The position numbers and the translations under genes were made by a program. A DNA stretch of 64,000 nt, taken from NCBI GenBank assembly GCA_951804945.1, contig OX638150.1, positions 50,654,001-50,718,000 of the forward strand. The letters are read 5' to 3'. The first letter of the stretch is position 1; each line of letters opens with the position of its first letter. This document shows, piece after piece, positions 60,901 to 64,000 of this stretch. The DNA is from Podarcis cretensis. Taxonomy: Eukaryota. Under the pieces are notes generated by a model that did not search any database, had not been told where the DNA came from, and saw nothing but the letters and a program-made list of their open reading frames with translations.

Positions 60901-63900
60901 ACCTTTTATTTGCCCTTTATTTCATGGTACTTCCATGACAAGACACTTCAGACTGAAGGTTAATAATCCACAACACCGGAAAAAGTATGAACAGAGTGCG
61001 AATTAGGTGCAGGACTGCACTGCCATATATCATGTTCTCATGGGTTGAAACCATCCGTATATCAGCCAGAGGTCTAGAATCTTCACATCACCTATACGTG
61101 CAACTACACTGAAGAAATGAAAAGCTACAATAAGGGGAAGACATACTTTCCAGACTCTGAATTAAAGTTCTGTACTACAGATTCTCCTCTTCCTCAATCA
61201 TCAATCATAGAAGCCTATTGGACTGAAGTACATATGGCTGTCCAGGATGGCCAATGATAATAAATGACAGGTTGTATGGTCCAGCAACAATATCTCAATG
61301 GCCACAGGTTCCTCTTGTTGGGAGGGAATTTTGGGCAGCAGATAAAGAAAGTGGAAGAATGGGCTGAGAAGCAGGATGGCTCTCTCACCAAGATCCGTTC
61401 AAACTCTCCTCTTTCAGTGCCAAGCATTATTCTCCCAACCATCAGCTAAAAATCTACCTATGCGACCAAGGAAGAAATCCATTCAAAGGTGAAGTGTTAT
61501 CACTTGTGATGTCTCAGTTGCATTCCATGGATGTATCAACACTTAGTACCCGCACTGGTGCTGGCAATGGTAAGGCCATGTGGCTGTGGGTTTTGATGTG
61601 AGGTTGTCCATATGTGTGAGAGCACCACAGCCAATCTCATTGCAAGCCTTGCTAAGAAGAGAGTGCCTCCCCCCATCTTTCTCAAAGCAGAGCCATTAAA
61701 TCCAGAATTGCACTTGATTTAAAGAGTTGTGTTATGCAAGTCTCTAGCCACTCTGAGAAAATATTTAACTGGAGCAAAGCTTTTGCAGGAATATGGGCCA
61801 AACTATCACGTCTCGATATAATTTACTTTCAAAATATCAGCAAATATGGAAATCACATTCTTTGAGTCGTTTTTAATATCAGAAGATGAATTTTTAGAAG
61901 ACGGGTGCAGGGCACAACTAGCCTGCTAGATCAGGACGTACCCAACTCAGACCTGGGCTTGGCATACAAGTGTGAGTTGCATGCTATTGTTTTTTTAAAA
62001 AAGCAATAATTTAGAAAGGGCAATTATTCATTCGATTATGAAGGGTAACAATTATCGTATTACCATAGATCATGTTATTTCCCCTTGAGTGCACTACAAT
62101 AGTTCAGGATAACAAATGGCAAGAAGGTGCCAAGAACTGAGTAATAAATAATACTTTTGAATATTTTTCAGAAGGTTGACCCGGTATGCGTATGTACATA
62201 TCAACACATGTACCCACTTCACCCTGTAGCTCAAATCTGTCCTCAAGAATAACCATCCACTCAGGAGATGACTAAATCATATGTCCCATCACCAGCCTGG
62301 TCTAACCAAGCCATACCTATTTTATTGCTAGAGTTGACTAGGACCCCACATTCACCTGTCTCCTTGCAAGCGACTTGCCTTGAGAAATTTCATTTCCAGA
62401 AACCTCATTTTCTGGGTCATGAGGAGGACGTGAGGGAGATATCATCTCCAGGACCTTGTGAGCCTGGAGCGTAGATTCAAAATGACAAGCAGCCAGTGCC
62501 TGACTACTGGGCACAATAGATCTATTAATTAGGAAGCATTTTGTATTGTGTTTGCCAAGGTACAAATGAAGGGAAACTGTTTGCAGAAAGCATAACCCCC
62601 AACCTACAAACCCTTTCTCCAGGGAAATCTAGAATTCCGCAGGAGTCAGATAGTGCTGTTCTCTACCCTGCACTGCTTGTTCTCCAGGCCACCAGAATCA
62701 AAATGTTCTTGGTACAAAGATACATAGATGAGGCTATGACATTCCCCCATCATCTTGCCTTCTTATCCTTGTTACTAGAAAAAAAAATACTTACATTAAT
62801 TTAGGTTTGTTTGAGCAGTCCCTCCACCCCCATTCAAATCTACAGATCTCCTGGCACCAGTGTCTGATATGCTATTTGCCACAGAGGAAAACTGATGTTG
62901 GAAAGCCTGTATTTGGGGGAGGACTGGGGCTTGACCTTTTGCCTAGAAAGGGAAAAGCATATGATCACTTCTATCCAAAAGTTCTGAAAGAACTTAAATC
63001 TGAATTCACCCTCTCTCTTTCTCTGGGGGCTTCTGGTCAAAAGAACTGCAGCCAGCGGATGAAACCCAAGGTGCAGCTTCATTTCTGGAGGAGGCTATTT
63101 GCTAAAATGGGCTTACATGCCTGGCACAGCACACAATAGCGTTTCAAGGTAGCTGCGTAATATGCCCCCTTCATAAACTTTGAATGGCTCCAGCTCTCCG
63201 GCAGCAAGGAAAGCAGCTTGCAAATGTCATGTGAGCGGCAGCTCCAGTTACCCGGGGCCCAACTGTGCTGCATCTCTACCTTGCTTTTATCTGATCCATC
63301 TCCCTGCTTGGGAGCAGACCATCATCCACTCCTTTGATACTGTTGCTTTCGGTGGCCAGGAGCTGCTGGACTCTGAATGCAGCTGGTGCCCTTAAGCGGA
63401 CTCCAACGCCTCCAATGTCACCTTGGCAAGAAATGCTGCAGCTCAAACTTTGGAAGGGGGGCAGGAGAAGAAAGCAGGAAACAGATAAAGGCGGCACTGT
63501 GACTCTGCTTGAGAAGGAGAAAGAGTCATGGAGAATGGGAATAAGGGATCGCCACTGCAAAAGATCTCTGCTCTATCTGCGCCCACTGGCCTGCCAAACA
63601 AGGCTATGCAAAATAAAAATAGGTCAGTACAGGAGCCTGGACAGACGGTGCCTGTTGCACCCCCACCTTGCTATCCACCTGCAGATTTCATGCCCTACGC
63701 CCTTTGCACCTAACACCATTGCAGACACCCCCACCCCACCAACCATAGAGAATGCAAAGCAAACTACATTTCCTTCAGCAAAGAGCAGATAACCTAACCT
63801 TGGCACCCTAGGCTGGCATCTGGTTCCATAGTTCTGCAATCCTGCTTTTCCAAATGACCCAGCAGATGCAGAATGTTACCTAAAGATATGCTAAATTGGC

Positions 63901-64000
63901 TCATGAATATATATAAGCAAACTGAGACGGTTGCAACTAGGTATATTAGTCTCTGCTACTCATGACAGGTACAGCCACTCCTGGCACACTGCCGCTACTT

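Noticed and set aside
35113-64000. PPARGC1B exon 1 and the intronic miR-378 hairpin
   Set aside because: By eye I found no MAG...ELSSF-type exon and no ACTGGACTTGGAGTCAGAAG match. Exon 1 is probably beyond the window, and miR-378 is known from mammals.

Overview
Squamate (lizard, probably lacertid; inferred from a Sauria SINE, a CR1 and typical squamate MITEs) genomic DNA, not prokaryotic. Most of the window is PPARGC1B (PGC-1beta) on the minus strand. Coding exons 2-12 were reconstructed by hand with canonical GT-AG sites and consistent phases: 2988 nt, 995 aa plus stop. Exon 1 lies beyond position 64000, so 35113-64000 is intron 1. A probable ~7.7-kb 3'UTR runs down to a polyA signal near 3011-3020 and carries clustered let-7, miR-30 and Pumilio sites plus palindromic transposon insertions. 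Immediately downstream on the same strand is the first coding exon of a TRIM-type gene with two intact B-boxes. Upstream of them lies what looks like a RING finger decayed in place (Cys codons mutated, a stop, frameshifts), with an open alternative frame running across it and IRF/ISRE-like motifs further upstream. This RING-erased TRIM is the most unusual feature. The rest is SINEs, a CR1 3' end, Tc1/pogo-type and hAT-type MITEs, microsatellites and a few candidate enhancers.
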